Below are positions 7,299-17,148 of a stretch of DNA of 53,372 bases, in pieces (positions within the stretch are counted from its first letter, which is position 1; every line of letters begins with the position of its first letter). Source of the DNA: Candidatus Aerophobota bacterium (lineage in GTDB: Bacteria > Aerophobota > Aerophobia > Aerophobales > B47-G16); contig QMPZ01000001.1 of assembly GCA_003648815.1 (NCBI GenBank), forward strand, positions 1 to 53,372, read 5' to 3'. Both the position numbers and the translations under genes were made by a program. A model generated the notes under the pieces. The model had not been told where the DNA came from. It worked only from the letters and a program-made list of their open reading frames with translations, and ran no database searches.

Positions 7299-8783
7299 TT
7301 GAACGAAATAAAGGAATGGATACGGGTTCGTTTTGCTCCAAGCCCTACAGGGCAGCTCCATATAGGAGGAGCGAGGACAGCTCTCTTTAACTGGCTGTTT
7401 GCTCGACATCACAGGGGTAAGTTTATCCTCAGGATAGAGGATACCGATGTTGAGCGATCCAGCGAGCACTTTGTCCGCTCGCTTATAAAGGATCTCAGGT
7501 GGTTAGGACTGGATTGGGATGAGGGGCCCGATGTGGGGGGAGATTACGGACCTTATTTTCAGTCTCAAAGAGGGGACATCTATAAATACTACGCTCTCAA
7601 GCTTTTAAAGGAGGGCAAGGCCTATTTTTGTTATTGTACTCCTGAGGAGCTTGAGGAGGAAAAAAGGAGGATGCAGAGGGAGGGAAAGCCTCCTAAGTAT
7701 AGTGGCCGTTGCCGAAACCTTACCCCTCGTCAAAGACGAATGTTTGAGAGCGAAGGAAGAGAGCCCACGATAAGGTTCAAGGTTCCTGAAAAGGGGATTA
7801 CCTCTGTCAAGGATCTGATTCGGGGCGAGGTTTGCTTTGAAAACAGGCTCTTAGGTGACTTCATTCTGCTCAAGTCTAATGGAATGCCTACTTTTAACTT
7901 TGCCAACGTAATTGATGATTCCTTGATGGGGATAAATTATGTGATAAGAGGGGATGACCATCTTTCTAATACGCCACGACAAATCTTACTTTATCAGGCG
8001 CTAAACTTTAAGGTCCCTAAGTATGCTCATCTGCCTATGATCCTCGGAAGCGATGGGACAAAGTTAAGCAAAAGACATGGAGCTACCTCTATATCTTATT
8101 ATAGAGAAAAGGGTTATCTTCCCTGGGCTCTGGTAAATTACCTGGCTCTTTTGGGATGGTCCACTCCTGACAGTCAGCAGCTTTTTGAAAGGGAGGAGCT
8201 TATCCAGAAGTTCTCCTTGGAGAGGGTGGGGAAAAGTTCAGCCATCTTTGATCCTAAGAAACTGGAGTGGATGAACGGAGAATATATCCGCAGGAGTAAA
8301 CCGGAGCGGTTGGTCGAGTTGCTCCTTCCCTACCTTGAGAGGGCAGGTTTGATAGGCAGGAGAATAGATCCCTCGACTCGGGAAAAGATTACAAGGGTAG
8401 TCGAGTTAGAACAGGATAGACTCAAGGTTCTCTCCGAGTTCGTTGACCTGGCCGATTTTTTCTTTAAGCGGAACTTTACCTACGATTCCCAGGCGGTCAC
8501 GAAGATACTGAAGAGACAATATGTTCCCTCTTTACTGGGGGAGATGAGGAAAAGAATTGAGCGGATGAGCTCCTTTGATGCGGAAAGCCTGGAGAAGATG
8601 GCTCGCAGTTTAAGCGAGGAGCTTTCTCTGTCCACGAGCAAGGTATTTCATCCCTTGCGAGTTGCTTTGACAGGAAAAATGAAGGGTCCGGGTTTGTTCG
8701 AGTTAGCGGAGGTGTTGGGGAAAGAGGAGACCCTGAGGAGGATTGATAGAACCTTAAAAAAGCTGAAGACCGAATACGTTTGA
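7299..8783 (+). CDS. gltX: Glutamate--tRNA ligase
   Basis: RFAPSPTGQLHIGGARTALFN (HIGH-type motif) and KLSKRHG (KMSKS). TTG start. Confidence 0.95.
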   Translation: MNEIKEWIRVRFAPSPTGQLHIGGARTALFNWLFARHHRGKFILRIEDTDVERSSEHFVRSLIKDLRWLGLDWDEGPDVGGDYGPYFQSQRGDIYKYYALKLLKEGKAYFCYCTPEELEEEKRRMQREGKPPKYSGRCRNLTPRQRRMFESEGREPTIRFKVPEKGITSVKDLIRGEVCFENRLLGDFILLKSNGMPTFNFANVIDDSLMGINYVIRGDDHLSNTPRQILLYQALNFKVPKYAHLPMILGSDGTKLSKRHGATSISYYREKGYLPWALVNYLALLGWSTPDSQQLFEREELIQKFSLERVGKSSAIFDPKKLEWMNGEYIRRSKPERLVELLLPYLERAGLIGRRIDPSTREKITRVVELEQDRLKVLSEFVDLADFFFKRNFTYDSQAVTKILKRQYVPSLLGEMRKRIERMSSFDAESLEKMARSLSEELSLSTSKVFHPLRVALTGKMKGPGLFELAEVLGKEETLRRIDRTLKKLKTEYV

Positions 8784-8791
8784 CGGTGTTT

Positions 8792-8865
8792 TGGGGGATC
8801 GGCTAGTGGTAGGCCACAAGACTCTGGATCTTGGAGCGGAGGTTCGAATCCTCCTCCCCCAGCCA
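8792..8865 (+). tRNA. tRNA-Gln (anticodon CUG), CCA encoded
   Basis: Cloverleaf folded by hand: acceptor TGGGGGA/TCCCCCA, anticodon stem CAAGA/TCTTG, loop CTCTGGA, T-arm GGAGG-TTCGAAT-CCTCC. Confidence 0.9.
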
Positions 8866-8868
8866 GAT

Positions 8869-8941
8869 GGCGCTATCGTCTAGGGGACAAGGACAGGTGG
8901 TTCTCAGCCATCAGACCGGGGTTCGAATCCCCGTAGCGCCA
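8869..8941 (+). tRNA. tRNA-Glu (anticodon CUC)
   Basis: Acceptor GGCGCTA/TAGCGCC, anticodon stem GGTGG/CCATC, loop TTCTCAG, T-arm CGGGG-TTCGAAT-CCCCG. CCA is not encoded. Confidence 0.9.
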
Positions 8942-8977
8942 TCAACTTTTTTAATTATATAAAATCGGAGATTTTGC

Positions 8978-9406
8978 ATGAAGACCTACATACCCAAAGT
9001 TGAAGATATTGAGAAAAGGTGGTATCTGGTAGATGCGGAGGGGAAGGTGTTGGGCAGACTGGCGAGTAAAATCGCCAGGATTCTCTCGGGCAAGAACAAG
9101 CCCATCTACACCCCCCATCTGGATGTGGGTGATTTTGTGGTGGTGATAAACGCCGAGAAGGTGCGGGTAACCGGTGGCAAGGAGAAGAAAAAGATTTATT
9201 ATCATCACTCAGGATATCCAGGGGGGCTGAAGAGTTGGACCTATGAGGAACTTTTGAAGAAGGACCCCTCAAGGATAATCAGAAAGGCTGTTCAGGGAAT
9301 GCTTCCTAAGAATAAGCTTGGCAGGCGAATGCTCAAGAAACTTAAGGTTTATCCGGGTCCCGAACATCCTCATCAGGCTCAAAAACCGCAAAAGATAGAG
9401 TTATAA
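8978..9406 (+). CDS. rplM: 50S ribosomal protein L13
   Basis: [38 protein letters not shown] is the canonical uL13 N-terminus. Confidence 0.95.
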   Translation: MKTYIPKVEDIEKRWYLVDAEGKVLGRLASKIARILSGKNKPIYTPHLDVGDFVVVINAEKVRVTGGKEKKKIYYHHSGYPGGLKSWTYEELLKKDPSRIIRKAVQGMLPKNKLGRRMLKKLKVYPGPEHPHQAQKPQKIEL

Positions 9407-9419
9407 CGAGGAGATTGAG

Positions 9420-10244
9420 ATGGCACCTTCTTTATGGGAAAAGATTGAGGAGACGAAAAAGTTCATCCAGGCCAGGACAAATATCAAGCCCCACATAGGG
9501 ATAATTCTGGGTACAGGCTTGGGGGCTTTAGCGGAGAAGATAGAGGAAAAAGAGGTAATCCCCTACCGGGATATTCCCAATTTTGCTGTCTCCACCGCTC
9601 CGGGGCAGGAGGGAAACTTGATCCTGGGCAGGCTTGGCGGCAAGGAAGTGATGGCGATGCAGGGAAGATTTCACCTCTACGAGGGTTATTCCTTAGAAGT
9701 GATAACTTTTCCCGTAAGGGTAATGAGGGCAATGGGGGCAGCTTTCTTAATTGAGTCCAACGCAGCGGGAGGGATAAATCCCAATTTCAGGGCAGGAGAT
9801 TTGATGGTCATCACTGATCACATTAACCTGACCGGACACAATCCCCTCATCGGTCCTAACGACGAGAGGTTAGGTCCGCGTTTTCCCGATATGTCTGAGC
9901 CTTATGACAATGAGCTGATTGAGCTTGCTGAAAGGATTGCCTTAGAGGAAAGGATTAAGCTGCATAAGGGGGTCTACGCCGGGGTGACCGGGCCGAACTT
10001 TGAGACCCGAGCTGAGTACAGGTTTTTATATAGAATTGGGGCGGATGCCGTGGGGATGTCCACCGTTCCAGAGGTGATCGTGGCCAAACATAGCGGCCTG
10101 AGGGTATTGGGCATCAGTTGCATCACTGATGAGTGTGTGCCGGATAGGTTAGAGCCTGTTGACTCCGACAAGGTCATCAGCGTGGCAAGGAAAGCGGAGC
10201 CGCGGATGACCAAGCTGGTAAAAAGGATAATAACTGAGATGTAA
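9420..10244 (+). CDS. punA: Purine nucleoside phosphorylase (trimeric PunA type)
   Basis: ..ILGTGLG..GQEG.L..G...G..V..MQGRFH.YEGY.. and ..VGMSTVPEVIVA.H.G. motifs. Confidence 0.85.
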   Translation: MAPSLWEKIEETKKFIQARTNIKPHIGIILGTGLGALAEKIEEKEVIPYRDIPNFAVSTAPGQEGNLILGRLGGKEVMAMQGRFHLYEGYSLEVITFPVRVMRAMGAAFLIESNAAGGINPNFRAGDLMVITDHINLTGHNPLIGPNDERLGPRFPDMSEPYDNELIELAERIALEERIKLHKGVYAGVTGPNFETRAEYRFLYRIGADAVGMSTVPEVIVAKHSGLRVLGISCITDECVPDRLEPVDSDKVISVARKAEPRMTKLVKRIITEM

Positions 10245-10256
10245 AAGGTGAAATGA

Positions 10257-13016
10257 ATGGACTACAGCAAGACCCTTAACCTTCCTAAGACAAAGTTTCC
10301 CATGAAGGCAAATCTCCCCAGAAGGGAGCCGTGGATCTTGAACCTCTGGAAGGAAAAGAAGATATATGAAAAGATCAGGGAAAGGAGGAAGGGTGCTCCT
10401 AAGTATGTTCTTCACGACGGTCCCCCCTATGCTAACGGGGATATACATTTAGGACAGGTGTTCAACAAGATTCTTAAGGATATAGTGATAAAGTATAAGA
10501 CGATGCAGGGATTTGATGCTCCTTTCATTCCCGGATGGGATTGTCATGGACTTCCTGTGGAACATCAGCTCTTCAAGAAACTCCGGATAAACAAAGACGA
10601 GATTTCCCAGCTGGAATTTAGAAAGAAGGCAAGAGATTATGCCTATCAATTTGTCGAAAGGCAGAGGGAACAGTTCAAGAGGCTGGGGGTTTTTGCTCGC
10701 TGGGAAGAGCCTTATCTTACCATGGATCCATCTTACGAGGCGGAAATTATAAAAGCCTTTGGCAGTTTAGCCAGGGATGGATATATTTATAGAGGTTTGA
10801 AACCCATTCACTGGTGTTCCAAATGTCAGACAGCTTTGGCTGAGGCGGAGATAGAGTACAAAGAGAAAGCCGACCCCTCTGTTTACGTCAAATTTCCCTT
10901 AAAGGATGCCCTTAAATCTATGCCATCGGACCTGCCCGTTTATCTTTTGATCTGGACGACCACCCCCTGGACTCTTCCGGCAAACATGGCGATTGCAGTT
11001 CATCCTGATATCTTATATTGCCTGCTTAGAGTAGGGGAGGAGGCCATCATTCTGGCAGCTGATCTCGTGGAAAGGGTCGCAGAAGAGGCGGCAATAAAAG
11101 AGAAGAAGGTATTGCTCAGCTTTAGGGGAAAGGAGCTTGAAGGGATAAGATATGAGCATCCCTTTATGAAGAGAGAATCTCGGGTGTTCACCGCTGACTT
11201 CGTAAACTTACAAGAGGGAACGGGATGTGTTCATATTGCTCCTGGACATGGAGAGGAGGATTATCTTTTAGGTCTTAAGCACGACCTTCCTATCTTTTCC
11301 CCGGTGAACGAGAAGGGAGAGTTTACCTCTGAAATACAGGATTTTGAAGGGATCTCTGTTTTTGAGGCCAATCCCCTGATCATCCAAAGACTCAAGGAAG
11401 GAGGATATTTGTTTTATGCTGGACAAATTCTTCATTCCTATCCTCATTGCTGGCGTTGTAAGTCTCCCTTGATCTTCCGTGCTACTTCGCAGTGGTTTTT
11501 GGATATGGATAAACACAATTTGAGGGAAAAAGCGATAGAGGTTGTTGACAAGAAGGTTGAGTGGATTCCTCCTCAAAGCAAGGCGAGAATGGAAAGTATG
11601 CTCAAGCAATGTCCAGATTGGTGTCTTTCTCGACAGAGATACTGGGGCGTGGGGATTCCCGTACTCTACTGTGAGGAGTGTGGAAAGCCTATATTAAGTG
11701 ATGAGGTCATTAGGCGAGTTGAGAGTTTAGTCAGGCAGTGGGGTGCTGACATCTGGTTTAAGAAAAAGGTGGAGGAGATAATTCCTCCTGGATTTAAGTG
11801 TCCTCACTGTGGGGCAGATAGGTTCAGGAAAGAGCAGGATATTATGGACGTATGGTTTGAGTCCGGGGTATCCCATGAGGCAGTGGTCGCCCAGGAGGAA
11901 TCTCTAAGGGAGCCTGCTGACCTTTATCTGGAGGGCTCAGACCAGCATCGAGGTTGGTTTCAGAAGTCTCTCCTCACCTCCTTAGCCCTCAAGGGAAGAG
12001 CTCCCTTCCGAAGGGTCCTCACTCATGGATTTATTGTGGACTCTGAAGGAAGGAAGATGTCCAAATCCATAGGCAACGTGATAGACCCCCAGCAGATTAT
12101 AAAGGATAAGGGAGCGGATGTGTTAAGACTGTGGGTCTCCTTAGAGGATTACGCTCAGGATATTCGCGTCTCCGAAAAGATTTTAAGTTATGCCGTGGAG
12201 GTGTATCGAAAAATAAGAAATAGCTTTAAGTTCCTTCTGGGAAATCTTTACGATTTTGACCCCGTCGAGGACAGCGTATCCTTTGATGAGATGCGGGAGG
12301 TGGACAGATTAATACTTTCCCGTCTTCAGGGATTAATCGGGCAGATAACTTTTAGTTTTGAGACATTTAAGTTTCATGAAGCTATCCGTCTTTTCCATAA
12401 CTTCCTCACCAATGAGCTAAGTTCATTTTATTTTGACATCTTAAAGGACAGGCTCTACACCTTTCCAGCCAAATCTAAGGAAAGAAGGTCTGCTCAAACA
12501 GTGCTCTATCAGCTCCTGTTTAGTTTGACCAGATTGATTGCCCCTGTCCTTTCCTTTACCTCTGAGGAGATATGGGAGTATCTTAAAAGCTCAGGGTTCA
12601 AAGCCCAAAACCTTGAGGAGAGCATTTTCTTGACCTCCTGGCCCAAAGCTGAGGACAGATTAGTAGACAAGGAGCTGGAGGAGAAGTGGAGCAGGATAAT
12701 GGAGCTCAGAGATAAGGTGCTGAAGAAATTAGAGGAGGCCAGGCAGTCGAGGACAATTTCTTCTTCCTTAGAGGCAAAGGTCATTATAAATGCATCTGAT
12801 CCTCTTTTTTCTCTCTTAAAGGGTTTGGGCGAGCAATTAAAGGAAGTCCTCATCGTCTCTCAGGTGGAGCTGAAGGAGAAAGAGGGAGAAGTGGAGGTTA
12901 AGGTAGAAAGGGCCGAGGGAAGAAAATGTGAGCGTTGCTGGAACTACAGTCCTTATGTCGGGGAGAACAAAAGACATCCCACCCTCTGTGAGAGATGCTG
13001 GAAGGTGGTGAGTTAA
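10257..13016 (+). CDS. ileS: Isoleucine--tRNA ligase (type 1, C-terminal Zn finger)
   Basis: [12 protein letters not shown].. (HIGH region), [10 protein letters not shown] (KMSKS), CP1 editing domain, C-terminal CERCWNY..CERCW. Confidence 0.95.
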   Translation: MDYSKTLNLPKTKFPMKANLPRREPWILNLWKEKKIYEKIRERRKGAPKYVLHDGPPYANGDIHLGQVFNKILKDIVIKYKTMQGFDAPFIPGWDCHGLPVEHQLFKKLRINKDEISQLEFRKKARDYAYQFVERQREQFKRLGVFARWEEPYLTMDPSYEAEIIKAFGSLARDGYIYRGLKPIHWCSKCQTALAEAEIEYKEKADPSVYVKFPLKDALKSMPSDLPVYLLIWTTTPWTLPANMAIAVHPDILYCLLRVGEEAIILAADLVERVAEEAAIKEKKVLLSFRGKELEGIRYEHPFMKRESRVFTADFVNLQEGTGCVHIAPGHGEEDYLLGLKHDLPIFSPVNEKGEFTSEIQDFEGISVFEANPLIIQRLKEGGYLFYAGQILHSYPHCWRCKSPLIFRATSQWFLDMDKHNLREKAIEVVDKKVEWIPPQSKARMESMLKQCPDWCLSRQRYWGVGIPVLYCEECGKPILSDEVIRRVESLVRQWGADIWFKKKVEEIIPPGFKCPHCGADRFRKEQDIMDVWFESGVSHEAVVAQEESLREPADLYLEGSDQHRGWFQKSLLTSLALKGRAPFRRVLTHGFIVDSEGRKMSKSIGNVIDPQQIIKDKGADVLRLWVSLEDYAQDIRVSEKILSYAVEVYRKIRNSFKFLLGNLYDFDPVEDSVSFDEMREVDRLILSRLQGLIGQITFSFETFKFHEAIRLFHNFLTNELSSFYFDILKDRLYTFPAKSKERRSAQTVLYQLLFSLTRLIAPVLSFTSEEIWEYLKSSGFKAQNLEESIFLTSWPKAEDRLVDKELEEKWSRIMELRDKVLKKLEEARQSRTISSSLEAKVIINASDPLFSLLKGLGEQLKEVLIVSQVELKEKEGEVEVKVERAEGRKCERCWNYSPYVGENKRHPTLCERCWKVVS

Positions 13017-13077
13017 CCCTCCGAACCACCTCAGGGTAATATAAATATTCTACTTTTTAAGGATAACCTGTCAAAAG

Positions 13078-14019
13078 ATGCCTCAGCAGGGTAAGTTTAG
13101 TTATGAATTTATCGTAGAAGAAGAAGGGAAAAGGTTGGACCTCTTTTTGAAGGAATCTCTTCCTCAATTTTCCCGTTCTTTTATTCAGAAGCTCATCAGA
13201 AAGGGAAAGGTCACCGTAAACGGAAAGACCTCAAAGACGGCCTATCATATTAAGAAAGGGGACGAGGTTAGCATCAGCATTCCTTCACTACCCGAGCTAA
13301 AGGTGGAGGCAAGACCCATCCCCTTAGATGTCTTGTGGGAGGATGAGGAGATTCTGGTGATAAATAAACCTGCCGGCATGTTAGTTCATCCAGCTTTACC
13401 CTGTGTAAGAGACGATACCTTAGTCAATGCTCTTTTATTCCACTGTGCTCATCTTTCTCAGGTAGGTGGCATTCTCCGACAGGGGATTGTGCATCGGCTG
13501 GATAAGGATACATCTGGAGTGATGGTGATAGCAAAGGACGATCGCAGTCATCTCTCCTTAGCCACTCAGTTCCGCAAGCGCGTGGTAAAAAAGGTATATG
13601 TAGCTCTGGTGAGGGGAAGACCTCCTGAGGACGAGGGAAGGATAGAGCTGCCGATAGGAAGAAATCCGCAGGACGGAAGAAAAATGAGCATAGGTGGGAA
13701 ATTCAGCCGTGAGGCGATTACCCACTATCGAGTTTTAAAGGAGTGGGAAAGGTGGAGTTTGCTGGAGCTATATCCAAAGACGGGAAGAACTCATCAGATT
13801 CGCCTTCACCTGCACTCAATTAACTGTTTTTTGGTAGGGGATAAGATTTACGGAGGCAGGATGGCGAAGGATTTTCCTTATAGGGTAGAGCGGGGGATGC
13901 TACATGCCAGGACTTTGGGCTTTTTCCATCCTCAAAGAGGAGAATGGATGGAGTTTGAGGCTCCACTACCCGAGGATATGAAAAGAGCAATTAACTGTCT
14001 TGATCTCTCCCTTGCTTGA
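13078..14019 (+). CDS. rluD: RluA-family 23S rRNA pseudouridine synthase (RluD-like)
   Basis: N-terminal S4 domain. Catalytic HRLDKDTSGVMV. ..TGRTHQIRLHL.. Confidence 0.85.
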   Translation: MPQQGKFSYEFIVEEEGKRLDLFLKESLPQFSRSFIQKLIRKGKVTVNGKTSKTAYHIKKGDEVSISIPSLPELKVEARPIPLDVLWEDEEILVINKPAGMLVHPALPCVRDDTLVNALLFHCAHLSQVGGILRQGIVHRLDKDTSGVMVIAKDDRSHLSLATQFRKRVVKKVYVALVRGRPPEDEGRIELPIGRNPQDGRKMSIGGKFSREAITHYRVLKEWERWSLLELYPKTGRTHQIRLHLHSINCFLVGDKIYGGRMAKDFPYRVERGMLHARTLGFFHPQRGEWMEFEAPLPEDMKRAINCLDLSLA

Positions 14020-14052
14020 GGAGAAAAAAATATCTTTTATGGGAGGATATCA

Positions 14053-14793
14053 GTGTCCTTGGAGGGTAAGGTAGCCGTGGTTACGGGAGGAGGCAGGGGT
14101 ATAGGCAGGCAGGTTTGCCTGAGATTGGCTCGGGAAGGGGCGAAGATAGTCATATTTGACCTTGAGGAGGATTCGTCCCGGAAGGTTGTTGAGGAGATAG
14201 AGAGCAAAGGAGGAGAGGCTTTTTTCATCAGGGTAGATGTTGGAGAGCTTGAACAGGTAGATGAGGCAGTAAAGAGGGTGATTGACAAATTTAAGCGGGT
14301 TGATATATTAATCAACAACGCTGGAATAACTTGCGATAGGCTGCTTTTAAGGATGGAGGAGGAGGACTGGGATAAGGTTTTAAAGGTCAACCTGAAAGGT
14401 GCTTTTAATTGTTTGAAGGCAGTTGCAAAACCTATGGTAAGACAAAGATGGGGAAGAATCATAAACATCTCCTCCACTGTGGGACTGAGAGGAAACGCGG
14501 GGCAGGCAAACTATGCTGCTTCCAAGGCAGGAATTATTGGTCTGACCAAATCAGCAGCTAAGGAGCTTGGCCGGCGTGGTATCACCGTTAACGCCGTTGC
14601 TCCTGGATTTATCGATACTCCTATGACCAGGAAACTGGACGAGAGGACAAAAAAGGAATTTATCTCCCTTATTCCCCTTCGTCGAGCAGGAAGAGCTGAT
14701 GAGGTGGCAAGTTTAGTCGCTTACCTGGCTTCTGATGAGGCTTCATACATCACAGGTGAGGTAATTAAGGTAGATGGTGGGATGGCTATGTAG
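14053..14793 (+). CDS. fabG: 3-oxoacyl-[ACP] reductase
   Basis: GKVAVVTGGGRGIG.., NNAGI, S..YAASKAG catalytic pattern. Sits directly upstream of acpP-fabF. Confidence 0.9.
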   Translation: MSLEGKVAVVTGGGRGIGRQVCLRLAREGAKIVIFDLEEDSSRKVVEEIESKGGEAFFIRVDVGELEQVDEAVKRVIDKFKRVDILINNAGITCDRLLLRMEEEDWDKVLKVNLKGAFNCLKAVAKPMVRQRWGRIINISSTVGLRGNAGQANYAASKAGIIGLTKSAAKELGRRGITVNAVAPGFIDTPMTRKLDERTKKEFISLIPLRRAGRADEVASLVAYLASDEASYITGEVIKVDGGMAM

Positions 14794-14829
14794 TTAAACT
14801 GTATTTAGCGGATCTAAAGCCTGCGCTCA

Positions 14830-14858
14830 TTGACAGGCACTTTTAACTATCATAAAAA
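14830..14858 (+). promoter_or_regulatory. Candidate promoter for acpP-fabF-rnc
   Basis: TTGACA (14830-14835), 17-nt spacer, TAAAAA (14853-14858), in the 100-nt fabG-acpP gap. Confidence 0.4.
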
Positions 14859-14893
14859 AGATAAAAAGATAAAGCTTAAGGGAGGTTAAAGGA

Positions 14894-15142
14894 ATGACGA
14901 GAGATGAGATCTTAAAGAAAGTTCAAGAGATCACCAGCGAACAATTAGGAGTGGATGAGTCTCAGATCACCCCTGAGGCTAAATTTGTGGACGATCTGGG
15001 AGCGGATTCGTTGGACACGGTGGAGTTGATAATGGCCCTGGAGGAGGAGTTCAATCTGGAGATTTCCGATGAGGAGGCGGAGAAACTGACCACCGTGCAG
15101 AAGGTGGTGGACTACATTGAGGACCACTTAGAGGAAAATTAG
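14894..15142 (+). CDS. acpP: Acyl carrier protein
   Basis: ..[20 protein letters not shown].. with the phosphopantetheine Ser in DSLD. Confidence 0.95.
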   Translation: MTRDEILKKVQEITSEQLGVDESQITPEAKFVDDLGADSLDTVELIMALEEEFNLEISDEEAEKLTTVQKVVDYIEDHLEEN

Positions 15143-15181
15143 GAAGATGGGTTGCGAAATTCATCCCTTAAGGGGTGGGAT

Positions 15182-16423
15182 ATGAAGCGTCGAGTGGTAG
15201 TTACGGGAATGGGTGTGGTCTCACCCATTGGCATCGGCGTGGAAGAATTTAAAAAGGCCCTCTTTTCCGGGAAAAGTGGGGTGAGAAGGATAACGCTTTT
15301 TGATCCCTCATCCTATCGTTCTCAGATAGCAGGAGAGGTGAGGGATTTTGACCCTCGAAAGTATCTGTCACCTAAGGAAATTAAGCGAATGGACAGGTTC
15401 ACTCAATTTGGGATGGTGGCGGCAGAAGAAGCGATAAGGCAGGCAGGGATAAACTTTGAAGAGGAGGATACCAGCCGGATGGGGGTTTTGGTGGGATCAG
15501 GTGTGGGTGGCCTGTCCACTATAGAGAGGGAAGAGGGTAATCTGCTTAGAGGAGGCCCTCAGAAGGTAAGTCCCTTTTTAGTTCCCATGTTGATCACCGA
15601 TATTGCCTCTGCCCAGGTTGCTATTCGCTATAGGCTATCGGGACCTAACCTCTCTATTTCTACCGCCTGCGCTACGGGTAATCACTCCATTGGAGAGGCT
15701 TTCAGAGTTATCCAGAGAGGAGAGGCGGATCTGATGATTGCCGGCGGAGCTGAGGCCGCGATTACCCCTTTGGGGTTAGCAGGTTTTTGCTCGATGAGGG
15801 CTTTGTCCACTCGGAATGAGGAACCAGAGAAAGCTTCCCGCCCCTTCGACAGGGAGAGGGATGGCTTTGTGATAGGGGAGGGGGCAGGGGTTGTGGTTTT
15901 AGAGGAGTTAAATCGAGCCAGAAAGAGAGGTGCGACCATCCTGGGAGAGATAATAGGGTTTGGTATGACTGCTGATGCCTATCATATAACCCAACCAATT
16001 CAAGATGGACGGGGCATCAAGGAGGCTATGCTCAGGGCATTGAAGGACGCCGGAGTTTCTCCTCAAGAGGTCGATTATATAAATGCCCATGGTACCTCCA
16101 CCCCCCTTAATGATCGGATAGAGACCCAGGCCATTAAGGATCTCTTTGGTGAGCATGCCTATAGAGTACCGGTGAGTTCTACCAAGTCTATGACCGGACA
16201 TCTCTTAGGTGCAACAGGAGGTGTGGAACTAATTGCTTGCCTTTTAGCCCTCAATGAAGGAGTTATTCCCCCCACCATTAACTATGAAAATCCCGACCCT
16301 GAATGCGATCTGGACTATGTACCTAATAAAGCCAGGAAGCTCAATATAAAGATAGCCTTATCCAACTCCATGGGTTTTGGAGGACATAATGCAGTATTAA
16401 TAGTTAAAAAATACGAGGAATAG
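15182..16423 (+). CDS. fabF: 3-oxoacyl-[ACP] synthase II
   Basis: [11 protein letters not shown].., active-site Cys in [14 protein letters not shown] and GHLLGATG His motifs. I prefer ATG 15182 to the ORF-track start 15152. Confidence 0.95.
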   Translation: MKRRVVVTGMGVVSPIGIGVEEFKKALFSGKSGVRRITLFDPSSYRSQIAGEVRDFDPRKYLSPKEIKRMDRFTQFGMVAAEEAIRQAGINFEEEDTSRMGVLVGSGVGGLSTIEREEGNLLRGGPQKVSPFLVPMLITDIASAQVAIRYRLSGPNLSISTACATGNHSIGEAFRVIQRGEADLMIAGGAEAAITPLGLAGFCSMRALSTRNEEPEKASRPFDRERDGFVIGEGAGVVVLEELNRARKRGATILGEIIGFGMTADAYHITQPIQDGRGIKEAMLRALKDAGVSPQEVDYINAHGTSTPLNDRIETQAIKDLFGEHAYRVPVSSTKSMTGHLLGATGGVELIACLLALNEGVIPPTINYENPDPECDLDYVPNKARKLNIKIALSNSMGFGGHNAVLIVKKYEE

Positions 16424-16425
16424 AT

Positions 16426-17136
16426 GTGAGCTTTGATTTAGCTCGAAAAAGACAACTGGAGGAATTTCAGAGAAGGTTGGGCATTAAGTTTTCCAACCTG
16501 GAGCTTTTTGATCAAGCCTTGACCCATATCTCTTATGCTAAATCTTTGGACAAAGAGGACATTCCCTATAATGAGAGACTGGAGTTCTTAGGGGATGCGG
16601 TGCTGGAGTTGGTGGTGGCGGAATATCTGTTCCGAAGATATCCCAACTCAAGCGAGGGAGATCTTTCCAAGCTTCGCTCTATAATTGTCTCCGAGGAAGC
16701 ACTTTCTTATTGTGCCCGAAAGATCAAGGTAGGAGATTATCTTTTGGTGGGCAAGGATCAGGAGGGAATTCGCTCTCAAAGTGCCTTATTAGCTGATGCC
16801 TATGAGGCGATAATTGGAGCTCTTTATCTTGATGGAGGACTTGAGGTAGTGCGGGATTTCATATTGAGAATACTCCTTAAAGAAGAGGAAAAGATCAAGG
16901 AGATAAGGGATTTTAAGTCCAGGCTTCAGGAATATACCCAGTCTCTTTACAAGTCCATTCCTGAGTATGAGACAGTTCAGGAGGTTGGTCCTGATCATAA
17001 TAAGACGTTTAAGGTTAGGGTGAAGGTAGAAGGAAGAGTTTTGGGAGAAGGATGGGGTTCAACTAAAAGAAAGGCAGAAAAGATGGCTGCTAAGTGTGCC
17101 TGGGAGAAGATAGAACAGGCAAGGGGTGAGAAGTGA
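16426..17136 (+). CDS. rnc: Ribonuclease III
   Basis: NERLEFLGDAVLE signature plus a C-terminal dsRBD (..GSTKRKAEKMAA..). GTG start. Confidence 0.95.
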   Translation: MSFDLARKRQLEEFQRRLGIKFSNLELFDQALTHISYAKSLDKEDIPYNERLEFLGDAVLELVVAEYLFRRYPNSSEGDLSKLRSIIVSEEALSYCARKIKVGDYLLVGKDQEGIRSQSALLADAYEAIIGALYLDGGLEVVRDFILRILLKEEEKIKEIRDFKSRLQEYTQSLYKSIPEYETVQEVGPDHNKTFKVRVKVEGRVLGEGWGSTKRKAEKMAAKCAWEKIEQARGEK

Positions 17137-17148
17137 GGGGGAGCAAGG

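Noticed and set aside
14037-14477. Antisense 'shadow' ORFs inside well-supported genes (for example 14037-14477 in fabG, 16995-17354 in rnc/mutase, 4721-5023, 43373-43846, 6179-6550, 45064-45390)
   Set aside because: Each lies opposite a gene with clear family motifs. Their translations are low-complexity S/P/L-rich sequences typical of the reverse frame of purine-rich coding DNA, and none has an SD.
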